A stretch of DNA of 32,000 bases, taken from assembly GCF_000020025.1 (NCBI RefSeq), contig NC_010628.1, positions 7,650,001 to 7,682,000 of the forward strand, written 5' to 3'. The notes beneath the pieces were generated by a model. The model was not told the DNA's origin and ran no database searches. It saw only the letters and a list, made by a program, of their open reading frames with translations. The translations under genes and the position numbers were made by a program. This document shows positions 16,042 to 24,138 of this stretch, piece after piece; the stretch's first letter is position 1; each line of letters opens with the position of its first letter. The DNA is from Nostoc punctiforme PCC 73102 (GTDB taxonomy: Bacteria > Cyanobacteriota > Cyanobacteriia > Cyanobacteriales > Nostocaceae).

Positions 16042-16989
16042 GTGCATTATAAATTACCAGTTAGCAACTATAAGTCAATCAAGCGGTTATTGTACAGTTA
16101 TTTAATAAAATCACTAAGCATTGATACTTATAACACAGAAAATAAATGCATAAAAGATAAAAAAATTCCTCTACATAAAGATAGAGATGTAAATAGAGTT
16201 TTATATACCTCAAGTGTGTCTCTGCAACTGTCAAAATCTCAGAATCGAAAACCTATGGAGCTTGCTAGTGCGATCGCATCTGATTTATCAAGGACTTGTG
16301 GTGACGTTTTTAGAATCCAAATTGTTCCTCCTGGCTGGATACATTTTGAATTGACTCACTTGACCTTAGCGACTTGGTTACAAAGTCTTGCAGTCGGGAG
16401 TTTGGGGGAAGAGGGGGAGATGGGGAGCAGGAAGCAGGGAGCAGGGGGGAAAGAGGTAATTTTTAATTCTCCCCCTTGCCCCCTGCCCCTTGACCCTCTG
16501 TCTTTTGTGCCCAATGCCCAATCCCCAATCCCCAATTCACTATTTGCTGTTCAGCACGCCCATGCACGTTGCTGTTCGCTGGTATTGCTGGCTCACCGAG
16601 AGGGATTGATTAAACTTAAACAACCTGTTACAAATACTAGTCAAGGTTTTTGGGATGTTATTTCTCCTAACCCTCTACCTTGGCTCAACTGTGACGCAAC
16701 ATTACGGCTAAATCATCCAGGTGAGCGTCGTTTAATTGCCGAGTTAATACAAGTAGTAGACAACATAGAGTCCCCTGATATTAAGGGTTCTGTGAAATGG
16801 GAAAAATTAGCGCTGAATTTGAGTCAAGCTTTTGAACACTTCTGGTCTAATTGCCGGATTTGGGGCGAGGTGAAAGCTATATTACCAGAGTTAGCCCAAG
16901 CCAGACTCGGATTACTTATGGCTACTCAGTCAGTATTAAGATATGTACTAGAGGAAAAGTTGGGTGTTTTTGCGCCCTTGGAGTTATAA
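16042..16989 (+). CDS. Arginyl-tRNA-synthetase-like paralog lacking the catalytic core (N-terminal ArgRS-like segment plus DALR anticodon-binding-like domain)
   Basis: YTSSVSLQLSKSQNRKPMELASAIASDL resembles the ArgRS N-domain, and FAVQHAHARCCSLVLLAHREG resembles the DALR-domain YAHAR motif. At 315 aa it has no Rossmann-fold core. The start is GTG; the first in-frame ATG is at 16255. Confidence 0.6.
   Translation: MHYKLPVSNYKSIKRLLYSYLIKSLSIDTYNTENKCIKDKKIPLHKDRDVNRVLYTSSVSLQLSKSQNRKPMELASAIASDLSRTCGDVFRIQIVPPGWIHFELTHLTLATWLQSLAVGSLGEEGEMGSRKQGAGGKEVIFNSPPCPLPLDPLSFVPNAQSPIPNSLFAVQHAHARCCSLVLLAHREGLIKLKQPVTNTSQGFWDVISPNPLPWLNCDATLRLNHPGERRLIAELIQVVDNIESPDIKGSVKWEKLALNLSQAFEHFWSNCRIWGEVKAILPELAQARLGLLMATQSVLRYVLEEKLGVFAPLEL
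16396..16536. repeat. Repeat block inside the coding sequence: G-rich arm, AT loop, C-rich arm, then four STRR1-type heptamers ((G/C)CCCAAT)
   Basis: The G-rich arm at 16396-16456 and the C-rich arm at 16469-16500 are partly complementary. 16509-16536 reads GCCCAAT GCCCAAT CCCCAAT CCCCAAT. With my boundaries the block is 141 nt, a multiple of 3. Confidence 0.6.
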
Positions 16990-17035
16990 ATCGGTAATGT
17001 CGCTTAGGCACAAATAAAAACTTTTATAATAGCTA

Positions 17036-17134
17036 TTGACTCAATGCATCACCTCGGCTACATTAGCAGGTGTGTGAGGAGCGAACCAGCTAGGGCACCG
17101 AGACGAAACACGGCCAGTCGTCGGTGTCCTTTCT
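17036..17134 (+). ncRNA. Candidate small RNA or structured 3' UTR ending in a Rho-independent terminator; strand assignment is not certain
   Basis: TTGACT (17036-17041), a 17-nt spacer, then TACATT (17059-17064). GTGTGAGGAG lies at 17072-17081. A hairpin pairs GGGCACCGA (17093-17101) with TCGGTGTCC (17121-17129), followed by TTTCTGATTT. Confidence 0.35.
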
Positions 17135-17169
17135 GATTTATAGGGTTTAGGCTTGAAAAAGTGTCCTCA

Positions 17170-18039
17170 TTACAGCAAAAACTTTTCAATTGCTACTGCT
17201 GCTCCGTCTTCCTCTACACTAGGAGCTACCCACTGCGCGATCGCTTGAACTCCTTCAGGTGCGTTGCCCATAGCTACACCAAGTCCAACAGACTCTAGCA
17301 TTTCTACATCATTGAAGTTATCACCAATCGCCATAACGTTGGCTATCTCTAATCCCAGTAACTCTTCGGCTAGGTAACGCACAGCAGTTCCCTTATTCAC
17401 AGAGGCGTTAGTTGCTTCAAAGAAAGTAGCAACGGATGTTGTGAGATAAAGTTCAGCAGGTGTGTATTGGCGGCGCAAATTCCCCAATAACCGATCGATT
17501 AAATCTGTGTCATCAGATAAAGCGAGAATTTTTGTTGGTTCATTTGTTAAGGTTTGGCGCAAATCACCAACGGGAATCGGGATAATAGCAGAACGTTCTG
17601 CATAAATTTGGGTTTCTCTGGTTAACTCACGGACGTATAGCTGATCGTTGATGTAAAAGTGGACAGATAGAAGCGATCGCAACTCAGGCTGTTCAAAATA
17701 GTCGAGTAGCTGATGGGCCATTTCTCTGGAAATAGCCCAATGGCGATGAATTTGTTGAGTGTTCGGGTCTTGAATCCAGGCTCCCTGATAAGCCATTAAT
17801 GGTAAGGTAGAGCCGATGTCTTGATGAAAGCGCAAGGCTGAACGATACATTCTACCTGTAGCGATCGCCACTGGAATCCCTTGTGCTTGGGCTGCCACAA
17901 TAGCTTGCTTTACACCTGCACTGATGGTGTTAGAATGTCCTGCGATCGTGCCATCTATATCCAAAACTAGTAGTTTAATGTCTTTTGCAGCAGCCTGATA
18001 ATCGGTAGATGCCAAATGAGTGGCGGATGCTTTCTGCAT
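17170..18039 (-). CDS. Cof-type HAD-IIB family hydrolase (sugar-phosphatase-like)
   Basis: 289 aa with the DxD motif in LLVLDIDGTIAG. The later motifs GDNFNDVEM and the overall Cof-like layout are present. Confidence 0.85.
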   Translation of the reverse strand: MQKASATHLASTDYQAAAKDIKLLVLDIDGTIAGHSNTISAGVKQAIVAAQAQGIPVAIATGRMYRSALRFHQDIGSTLPLMAYQGAWIQDPNTQQIHRHWAISREMAHQLLDYFEQPELRSLLSVHFYINDQLYVRELTRETQIYAERSAIIPIPVGDLRQTLTNEPTKILALSDDTDLIDRLLGNLRRQYTPAELYLTTSVATFFEATNASVNKGTAVRYLAEELLGLEIANVMAIGDNFNDVEMLESVGLGVAMGNAPEGVQAIAQWVAPSVEEDGAAVAIEKFLL

Positions 18040-18090
18040 AATTTCCTAGATTTTAAGTTCCAGTAAGAGGTTAACAGGCTCTAGTGAGAA

Positions 18091-18118
18091 TTTTAGATTT
18101 TAGATTTTAGATTTTAGA
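18091..18118. repeat. Tandem heptamer array, TTTTAGA x4
   Basis: Read directly. This is the same unit that builds the hairpin at 9521-9584. Confidence 0.85.
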
Positions 18119-18216
18119 TTGACTAATGATTCCTTGATGATACAGAGCAAGCGGATTTATTCGTGGACTCAATCGAAAATTCCCAAGCCCCCGGATTTAA
18201 TGGTTAATAATCGCAA

Positions 18217-18254
18217 CAAAAAACCCCTATTCTCAAAAAAATTGGGGTTTTTCA
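18217..18254 (-). terminator. Terminator-like hairpin downstream of the PEP-CTERM gene
   Basis: AAAACCCC-16 nt-GGGGTTTT, with T-runs following on both strands. Confidence 0.55.
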
Positions 18255-18313
18255 TTTAAATTAGAGAGCCTGACGGATAGATAAGATGGAAAAAACCACT
18301 TATTTAAGAAAGT

Positions 18314-19048
18314 CTATGAATTTGACCCTTTGAGCCAGCTTTTTTTGCGTTGTGACAACAGACAAAGCCCAGCAATTAAACCAATTCCAAGTGTGGCAGA
18401 GGGTTCGGGTACTGATTTAATATCATAGTTATAGGTTAATTTGATACCTGCTTTGGCATAAGTATCAATATAGGAGCTAATGTTGCCCGATCCTTTAACT
18501 TCTGAGTCGGCTATAGCTGAGAACAAAAAGTCTACGTTGCCATTGCCAATAAAAGACTGCAATAATTGCGTATCAGTGAAAGACTGGATACCAGATTGTG
18601 TAGCAGTTAAGTTAGAAAGAGTCTTTCCAGATGTGCCACCATAATCACTGATGCCATCATATTTGGCAACTTGGTAACTAGAAGTATATTGTGGATTCAG
18701 TTCCAACAAAGACTGATTATTTAGTTTTAAGCTTAATTGACTGCCAAGATTTACTGTGGCTTGTCTTGCGTTTGGACTTCTATTTTCAAAACCTGCATTT
18801 CCAAGTATGTCGCCAGTAAATTCTATTGTTATGCCTTGGAGTGTGCCTAGAGATGAGTTAAATTTTTGGACGCTCAAAGGTGAGTCAATGATATCTGTAA
18901 ACTCGTAATTAGTGGAAGTACTGTACGAGAGAGAAGCTGCATTAGCTGCTCCAGATGTTACAACAATACCTGCCAAAGTTGTAGCAGCAGCTAAAGTGTT
19001 CAATAGTTTTGTTGTCATAATGGAGGATACTTTTCTAAAACGAATCAT
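18314..19048 (-). CDS. Secreted PEP-CTERM sorting-domain protein
   Basis: An N-terminal signal peptide (...LAGIVVTSGAANA) is present. The C-terminus reads VPEPSATLGIGLIAGLCLLSQRKKS, i.e. PEP motif, TM helix and basic tail. An alternative ATG lies at 19018. Confidence 0.8.
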   Translation of the reverse strand: MIRFRKVSSIMTTKLLNTLAAATTLAGIVVTSGAANAASLSYSTSTNYEFTDIIDSPLSVQKFNSSLGTLQGITIEFTGDILGNAGFENRSPNARQATVNLGSQLSLKLNNQSLLELNPQYTSSYQVAKYDGISDYGGTSGKTLSNLTATQSGIQSFTDTQLLQSFIGNGNVDFLFSAIADSEVKGSGNISSYIDTYAKAGIKLTYNYDIKSVPEPSATLGIGLIAGLCLLSQRKKSWLKGSNS

Positions 19049-19296
19049 TACAGGATTACTAAGTTATTTCTAACTCTGAAACTTTACTTGTAGTATTGAT
19101 AAATCCACGTAACTTTATGTAAAGTTTTTATGTTCGAGTTACTTCGGCTAATATACTTTTTGATTGGTATATATAAAGTTTTGTTAAGGTAAAGAGGCTT
19201 TGGGTCGTATCATGTCGAAATACTAAGCTAGTTTTTGTTGGTCACTGAGAAGTAAGCTAGGTCAACCTAATTAAATACAAAACACTCAAAAGACAG

Positions 19297-19326
19297 ATCC
19301 CCAACTTTTGGTTAGAAGTCGAGGAT
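19297..19326. repeat. Degenerate copy of the common cyanobacterial hairpin repeat (GATCCCCGACTTCT...AGAAGTCGGGGATC type)
   Basis: atccccaacttttggttagaagtcgaggat; about 10-11 of 13 positions can pair. Confidence 0.4.
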
Positions 19327-19564
19327 TTGGTTATTATGTGGTTACTATGTTGATACTTATGTACTTATTTTAGAGCGGTATTCCTGCCAAAAGTTGGTTC
19401 TACTGAACCTTGGTACTAAAACTATAAATACGTATATAGTTTTGCATAAACTTATACTAAAGATTGTTTGAGACTTAAAAAGTTCGCTATTGTCGTCAAA
19501 GCCAAGGTGAACGAGCATCGAAAATTGCTAACTATGTGACAAAGCTTCTGGCTAAAATAGGGCT

Positions 19565-22501
19565 ATGTCTGAAACTTTCACTTCTGTAACTTCAACACGC
19601 CCCACGTTCATCCTTGTAGATGGACACTCTCTGGCTTATCGTTCATACTTTGCTTTCGCCAAAGGGCGAGATGGAGGACTGCGTACTAAAGCAGGGATTC
19701 CTACGAGTATATGTTTTGGTTTTGTGAAGTGCCTGCTAGAGGTAATGGCAACACAACAGCCTCAAGCAATGGCGATCGCTTTTGATTTGGGTGAGGCTAC
19801 TTTTCGCCATGAAGCTGACGAGACTTATAAAGCCGATCGCAAAGAAACGCCAGAAGACTTCATTCCCGACTTAGCAAACCTGCATGAGTTGCTAAATGGC
19901 TTCAATATACCAATTTTCACTGCTCCTGGTTACGAGGCGGATGATGTTTTGGGAACCTTAGCACAGCGAGTAACTGCTGCTGGGTATAGGGTGAAGATTC
20001 TAACTGGCGATCGCGATTTATTTCAACTGATCGACTCTGACAAAGAAATCACTGTTCTGAATTTTAGTCCAGATGCCATAAAACGCTCTACAAATAGCAT
20101 TACGGAATTTGAAGCAGAACAAGTAAAAGAGAAGATGGGCGTTTTACCTTCACAAATTATCGATTTCAAAGCTCTTTGTGGAGATAAATCAGATAATATT
20201 CCTGGAGTTAAAGGAATTGGAGAAAAGACAGCAGTACAGCTGCTAAATACCTATGGTTCCCTTGACAATATTTATGCTGCATTAGATGAAATTAAAGGCG
20301 CAACTCAGAAAAAACTGGCAAGTGGTAGAGAAGATGCCGATAAGTCTCGTTATTTGGCAACTATTGTTTTGGATGTTCCTATAGAAATTAATTTAGAAGA
20401 TTGCAAATTAAAAGGATTTGATACAAGCGTCTTATCCCCCATTTTAGAAAAGTTAGAATTCAAGTCTTTTTTAGGGAAAATCAACGACCTTCAACAACGT
20501 TTTGGTGGCAAAGTTGAAGAAAAGCAAGAAGCCAAAACAGACGTAATTAATCCTAAATCAGAATTGAGAGATGATGAAGATAATGATTTGTGGTTTTTCA
20601 GTGCTAGCGATACAGCAGCAGTTCCACAACAATCTACTTCTCCTATTACACCACGCATCATCAACACCGAAGCCAAACTAACTGAGTTAGTGAAACTTTT
20701 ACAAACATTCACCACCCCAGATATTCCCGTTGCTTGGGATACTGAAACTACCGCTTTAGAACCAAGAGATGCTGATTTAGTAGGAATTGGTTGCTGTTGG
20801 GGAATGCAACCAGATGAGGTAGCGTATATTCCTCTGGGGCATAAAACTGGAGAAAATTTGCATAAAGATTTGGTGCTAGAAGGATTACGCCCAATTCTTG
20901 AAAGCGCTGATTATCCTAAAGCTTTACAGAATGCTAAATTTGATCGCCTAGTTTTAAAGTGTCAAGGGATTAATTTGGCAGGAGTAGTGTTTGATCCCAT
21001 GCTGGCAAGTTACATTCTAAATCCAGATTCAAGTCATAATTTGATGGATTTAGGGCAGCGATATTTAGGATTGATAGCAAAAAGTTACTTAGATTTAGTT
21101 CCTAAAGGCAAAACCATCGCTGATATAGATATTCCCTCCGTTGCAGATTACTGCGGTATGGATGCCTATTCTACTTTTGGCTTAGTGCCGAAATTGCGTG
21201 AAGAACTGGATAAAATTCCAACTTTGTCTAAGCTGTTAGTGGAAGTGGAACAGCCACTAGAAGCGGTTTTAGCCCAAATGGAATACACGGGTGTCCGCAT
21301 TAATTCAGCTTATTTAAAAGAACTTTCGCAGCATTTAGAAACAGAGTTAGCCAGGTTAAAAGAGGAAGCAACTAAAATAGCTGGGGAAAATTTTAACTTG
21401 GGTTCTCCTAAGCAGTTGAGCCAAATATTGTTTGAAAAGTTGGGCTTAAGTACCAAACATTCTCGTAAAATTCAAACTGGCTTCTCTACAGACGCAGCCA
21501 CACTAGAAAAACTCCAAGAAGATGATAAAAGTGGTTTTGTTGAGGCGATCATTGAGTATCGCACTCTATCTAAATTAAAGTCTACTTATGTTGATGCTTT
21601 ACCTGCATTGGTGCGTCCAGATACCCAGAGGGTGCATACTGATTTTAATCAAGCAGCAACATCAACTGGTAGGTTATCTTCTTCTAATCCGAATTTACAA
21701 AATATCCCGATTCGTACAGCTTTTAGTCGCCAAATTCGGAAGGCCTTTTTACCTGAAGCTGGTTGGTTAATGGTGGCTGCTGATTACTCACAAATTGAAT
21801 TGCGGATTTTGGCTCATTTGAGTCAAGAGCCGATATTAGTGCAAGCATATCAGCAAAATGAAGATGTTCACACTGTTACCGGGCGGTTAGTCTTTGAAAA
21901 AGAAAAGATAACCTCAGAAGAACGAGGAATAGCAAAAACTATCAATTTTGGCGTGATTTATGGAATGGGTTCTCTAAGATTTTCGCGCTCAACTGGGATA
22001 GATAAAAACATTGCCAATGAGTTCATTAAGCGGTTTAATGAACGATATCCTAAAGTTTTTGCATATTTGGAGCAAGTAAAAAAAGAAGCGATCGCTCTTG
22101 GTTATGTAGAAACTATTCTCGGTCGTCGTCGTTACTTTGATTTTACTAATAACAGTTTACGTAGATTAAAAGGCAGCAATCCAGAAGATATTGATCTGAG
22201 TAAATTGAAGAATTTGGGCCCTTATGATGCGGGTTTATTACGTTCAGCGGCTAATGCACCAATTCAAGGTTCTAACGCTGATATTATCAAAATTGCGATG
22301 GTAAGGTTGCATGAGGTTTTGAAGAACTATCAGGCGCGTTTATTGTTGCAAGTACACGATGAATTAGTGTTTGAAATTCCCCCTGATGAGTGGGAAGAAT
22401 TACAACCGCAAATTAAGTCGGTGATGGAAAACGCAGTTCAGTTGAGCGTGCCTTTACTGGTAGAGGCGCGTGTTGGAGAAAATTGGATGGATACAAAGTA
22501 A
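19565..22501 (+). CDS. polA: DNA polymerase I
   Basis: 978 aa. It has a 5'-3' exonuclease N-terminus (ILVDGHSLAYRSYFA), a 3'-5' exonuclease region (VAWDTETT) and polymerase motifs (DYSQIELRILAH, INFGVIYG, QVHDELVFE). Confidence 0.97.
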   Translation: MSETFTSVTSTRPTFILVDGHSLAYRSYFAFAKGRDGGLRTKAGIPTSICFGFVKCLLEVMATQQPQAMAIAFDLGEATFRHEADETYKADRKETPEDFIPDLANLHELLNGFNIPIFTAPGYEADDVLGTLAQRVTAAGYRVKILTGDRDLFQLIDSDKEITVLNFSPDAIKRSTNSITEFEAEQVKEKMGVLPSQIIDFKALCGDKSDNIPGVKGIGEKTAVQLLNTYGSLDNIYAALDEIKGATQKKLASGREDADKSRYLATIVLDVPIEINLEDCKLKGFDTSVLSPILEKLEFKSFLGKINDLQQRFGGKVEEKQEAKTDVINPKSELRDDEDNDLWFFSASDTAAVPQQSTSPITPRIINTEAKLTELVKLLQTFTTPDIPVAWDTETTALEPRDADLVGIGCCWGMQPDEVAYIPLGHKTGENLHKDLVLEGLRPILESADYPKALQNAKFDRLVLKCQGINLAGVVFDPMLASYILNPDSSHNLMDLGQRYLGLIAKSYLDLVPKGKTIADIDIPSVADYCGMDAYSTFGLVPKLREELDKIPTLSKLLVEVEQPLEAVLAQMEYTGVRINSAYLKELSQHLETELARLKEEATKIAGENFNLGSPKQLSQILFEKLGLSTKHSRKIQTGFSTDAATLEKLQEDDKSGFVEAIIEYRTLSKLKSTYVDALPALVRPDTQRVHTDFNQAATSTGRLSSSNPNLQNIPIRTAFSRQIRKAFLPEAGWLMVAADYSQIELRILAHLSQEPILVQAYQQNEDVHTVTGRLVFEKEKITSEERGIAKTINFGVIYGMGSLRFSRSTGIDKNIANEFIKRFNERYPKVFAYLEQVKKEAIALGYVETILGRRRYFDFTNNSLRRLKGSNPEDIDLSKLKNLGPYDAGLLRSAANAPIQGSNADIIKIAMVRLHEVLKNYQARLLLQVHDELVFEIPPDEWEELQPQIKSVMENAVQLSVPLLVEARVGENWMDTK

Positions 22502-22555
22502 GTTGAATTTGGGACTACGGATTTAGACAATTTTTAGTGAAAAATTTCAAAGGTG

Positions 22556-22584
22556 ATCAAGAGTCAAAAATTTTGACTCTTGAT
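22556..22584. terminator. Perfect 14-bp-arm palindrome after polA (ATCAAGAGTCAAAA-A-TTTTGACTCTTGAT)
   Basis: Read directly. It lies 55 nt after the polA stop, between convergent genes. Confidence 0.6.
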
Positions 22585-22617
22585 TCTTGATCATTGAATA
22601 GATAATAAGCTGTTTCA

Positions 22618-22703
22618 CATTTAAATTGCATAAACTGGGCGGGCTTTTCGGCCTACCGCACAAGAGTTATATTTAATTTGGTTATGCAAATTAGATGTTT
22701 TTT
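22618..22703 (+). terminator. Long-range hairpin (16-nt arms, 14 of 16 paired, about 48-nt interior) followed by TTTTTT
   Basis: CATTTAAATTGCATAA (22618-22633) pairs with TTATGCAAATTAGATG (22682-22697), followed by TTTTTT. Confidence 0.4.
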
Positions 22704-22718
22704 CGCTTAGTCTAAAAG

Positions 22719-23123
22719 TTAACCGCCACGTTTTAGTGCGGCCTCAACCTGCTGTAATTCCTTCTCTAAACGATTTTTGAGTTTTTCGGGTACGGGACGA
22801 TTTGGGTAAGAACTGTAGTGTCCAGCCAGGGAATTAAGGGCTGTCCGCATAGTTGTAAATGAGCCAAGACCAGAAACAGAGTTAACTCGCTGATAGCGAG
22901 CCGAAAAGTCATTAATTTTCTGACGCGCTTCTGCTTGAACTGCTGTTTTGTCTGATGAATCTTGTGATAGATTCAGAGCCTGTCTCATCACATTGACCAC
23001 AGCTAAGGTATCTTGGCGATAATCCCCAGTCAAACTATCTGGACTGCCAGTACAGCCCATTAAGCCGATAGACACAACCAAAACCAGCGCAAGCAAACGC
23101 GACCAATAGCGCTTCATATGCAT
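22719..23123 (-). CDS. psb27: Photosystem II assembly lipoprotein Psb27
   Basis: A lipobox is present (IGLMGCTG). The mature sequence LTGDYRQDTLAVVNVMRQAL...FTTMRTALNSLAGHYSSYPNRPVPEKLKNRL closely parallels Psb27 of Synechocystis as I remember it. Confidence 0.92.
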   Translation of the reverse strand: MHMKRYWSRLLALVLVVSIGLMGCTGSPDSLTGDYRQDTLAVVNVMRQALNLSQDSSDKTAVQAEARQKINDFSARYQRVNSVSGLGSFTTMRTALNSLAGHYSSYPNRPVPEKLKNRLEKELQQVEAALKRGG

Positions 23124-23427
23124 TAATTAAAAGAATACGTAAATCAACGTCCATCCTATCTTGGATTGGTAACGTGGGGATCAATTTAGTGGGGAGTGGA
23201 GAGAGGATAATGGCTGTTTCATTCCCTAAAAGGCGCTGATTTACAAGCATCCTGGGCAAAAAATCAGGTAATTAAAAAATCTGATTGGACAATTATCATC
23301 GTCATGCCTTCTTTGCGAGAGGTAAGGCTGACTCTGGGCTTACTGCCTAGATTGAGAGCAACAGTTTTCGGTCTATGGAAAATAGGAGCATGAGAGTTAG
23401 AGTTATGGAATTAAAGGTTGATAGGAT

Positions 23428-24126
23428 TTAATCAACTAAGTTTCTCTGCTTCAATTTTTGCAATTTCAACATCGTAATACATATCATCAGCCATAAAAAC
23501 CCCACTCCATAACCTGCAATTATGTCTGTAGGCCAATGGACTCCTAAATATAAGCGGCTAATACCAATGGCAGCAATTAAAATAACTGTCAAACTGTAAA
23601 TAAATTTGGCAAAACGAGGATAGTGAGTTGCCAATTCGTGAGCAATAAAACCATAAAGTACCATAGAACCTAGTGCATGACCGCTAGGAAAACTAAAAGA
23701 TTTTTCATAAATCAATCGATGCCACAGTTCAGGGCGAGGTTTAGAAAAAAATAACTTTAGTCCTGTATTTAAAATGAATCCTCCTAAACAAGCAAGGACG
23801 AAAAATTTCGCTTCTTCTCGATAATGTTGCCACCAGAGTAATATTAGATTAACGCTAACAACGATGACTACTGTACTAGGATTACCAAGGTTGGTAATGA
23901 ATAACATAAAGTTATCTAAGCTGGGATTGGCGAACTGATGTAGCCATAACAGAAAAGTCGTATCAAATCTAAAAGCTTCTCGCTCTAAAACTTCTTCAGC
24001 TATTTTTGCTAAAACGAAAAGTATTAGCAGACAACTAGCAAGTCCAAAAATACCAATTGTGGCAATTAAGCCAGTCAAACGAGGATGTATGTGACGCAAC
24101 CAGAAATTAGAAATTTGTCGGAGCAT
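23428..24126 (-). CDS. PAP2-superfamily membrane phosphatase (lipid phosphate or undecaprenyl-diphosphate phosphatase type)
   Basis: All three acid-phosphatase motifs are present: KLFFSKPRP, PSGH and SRLYLGVHWPTD. The start lies 12 nt after the upstream gene. Confidence 0.88.
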   Translation of the reverse strand: MLRQISNFWLRHIHPRLTGLIATIGIFGLASCLLILFVLAKIAEEVLEREAFRFDTTFLLWLHQFANPSLDNFMLFITNLGNPSTVVIVVSVNLILLWWQHYREEAKFFVLACLGGFILNTGLKLFFSKPRPELWHRLIYEKSFSFPSGHALGSMVLYGFIAHELATHYPRFAKFIYSLTVILIAAIGISRLYLGVHWPTDIIAGYGVGFLWLMICITMLKLQKLKQRNLVD

Positions 24127-24138
24127 ACTTAAAACGTA

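Noticed and set aside
15883-16098. A 10-bp inverted repeat (ACTGTACAAT at 15883-15892, ATTGTACAGT at 16089-16098) and a CTAC...GTAG near-palindrome considered as LexA, NtcA or Crp operators
   Set aside because: It does not fit GTA-N8-TAC (NtcA), RGTAC-N3-DGTWCB (LexA) or TGTGA-N6-TCACA (Crp). The two halves are about 200 bp apart, and one lies inside an ORF.
23035-23259. 74-aa ORF overlapping the psb27 5' end
   Set aside because: It is out of frame with psb27 and extends into the promoter region, with no supporting features.
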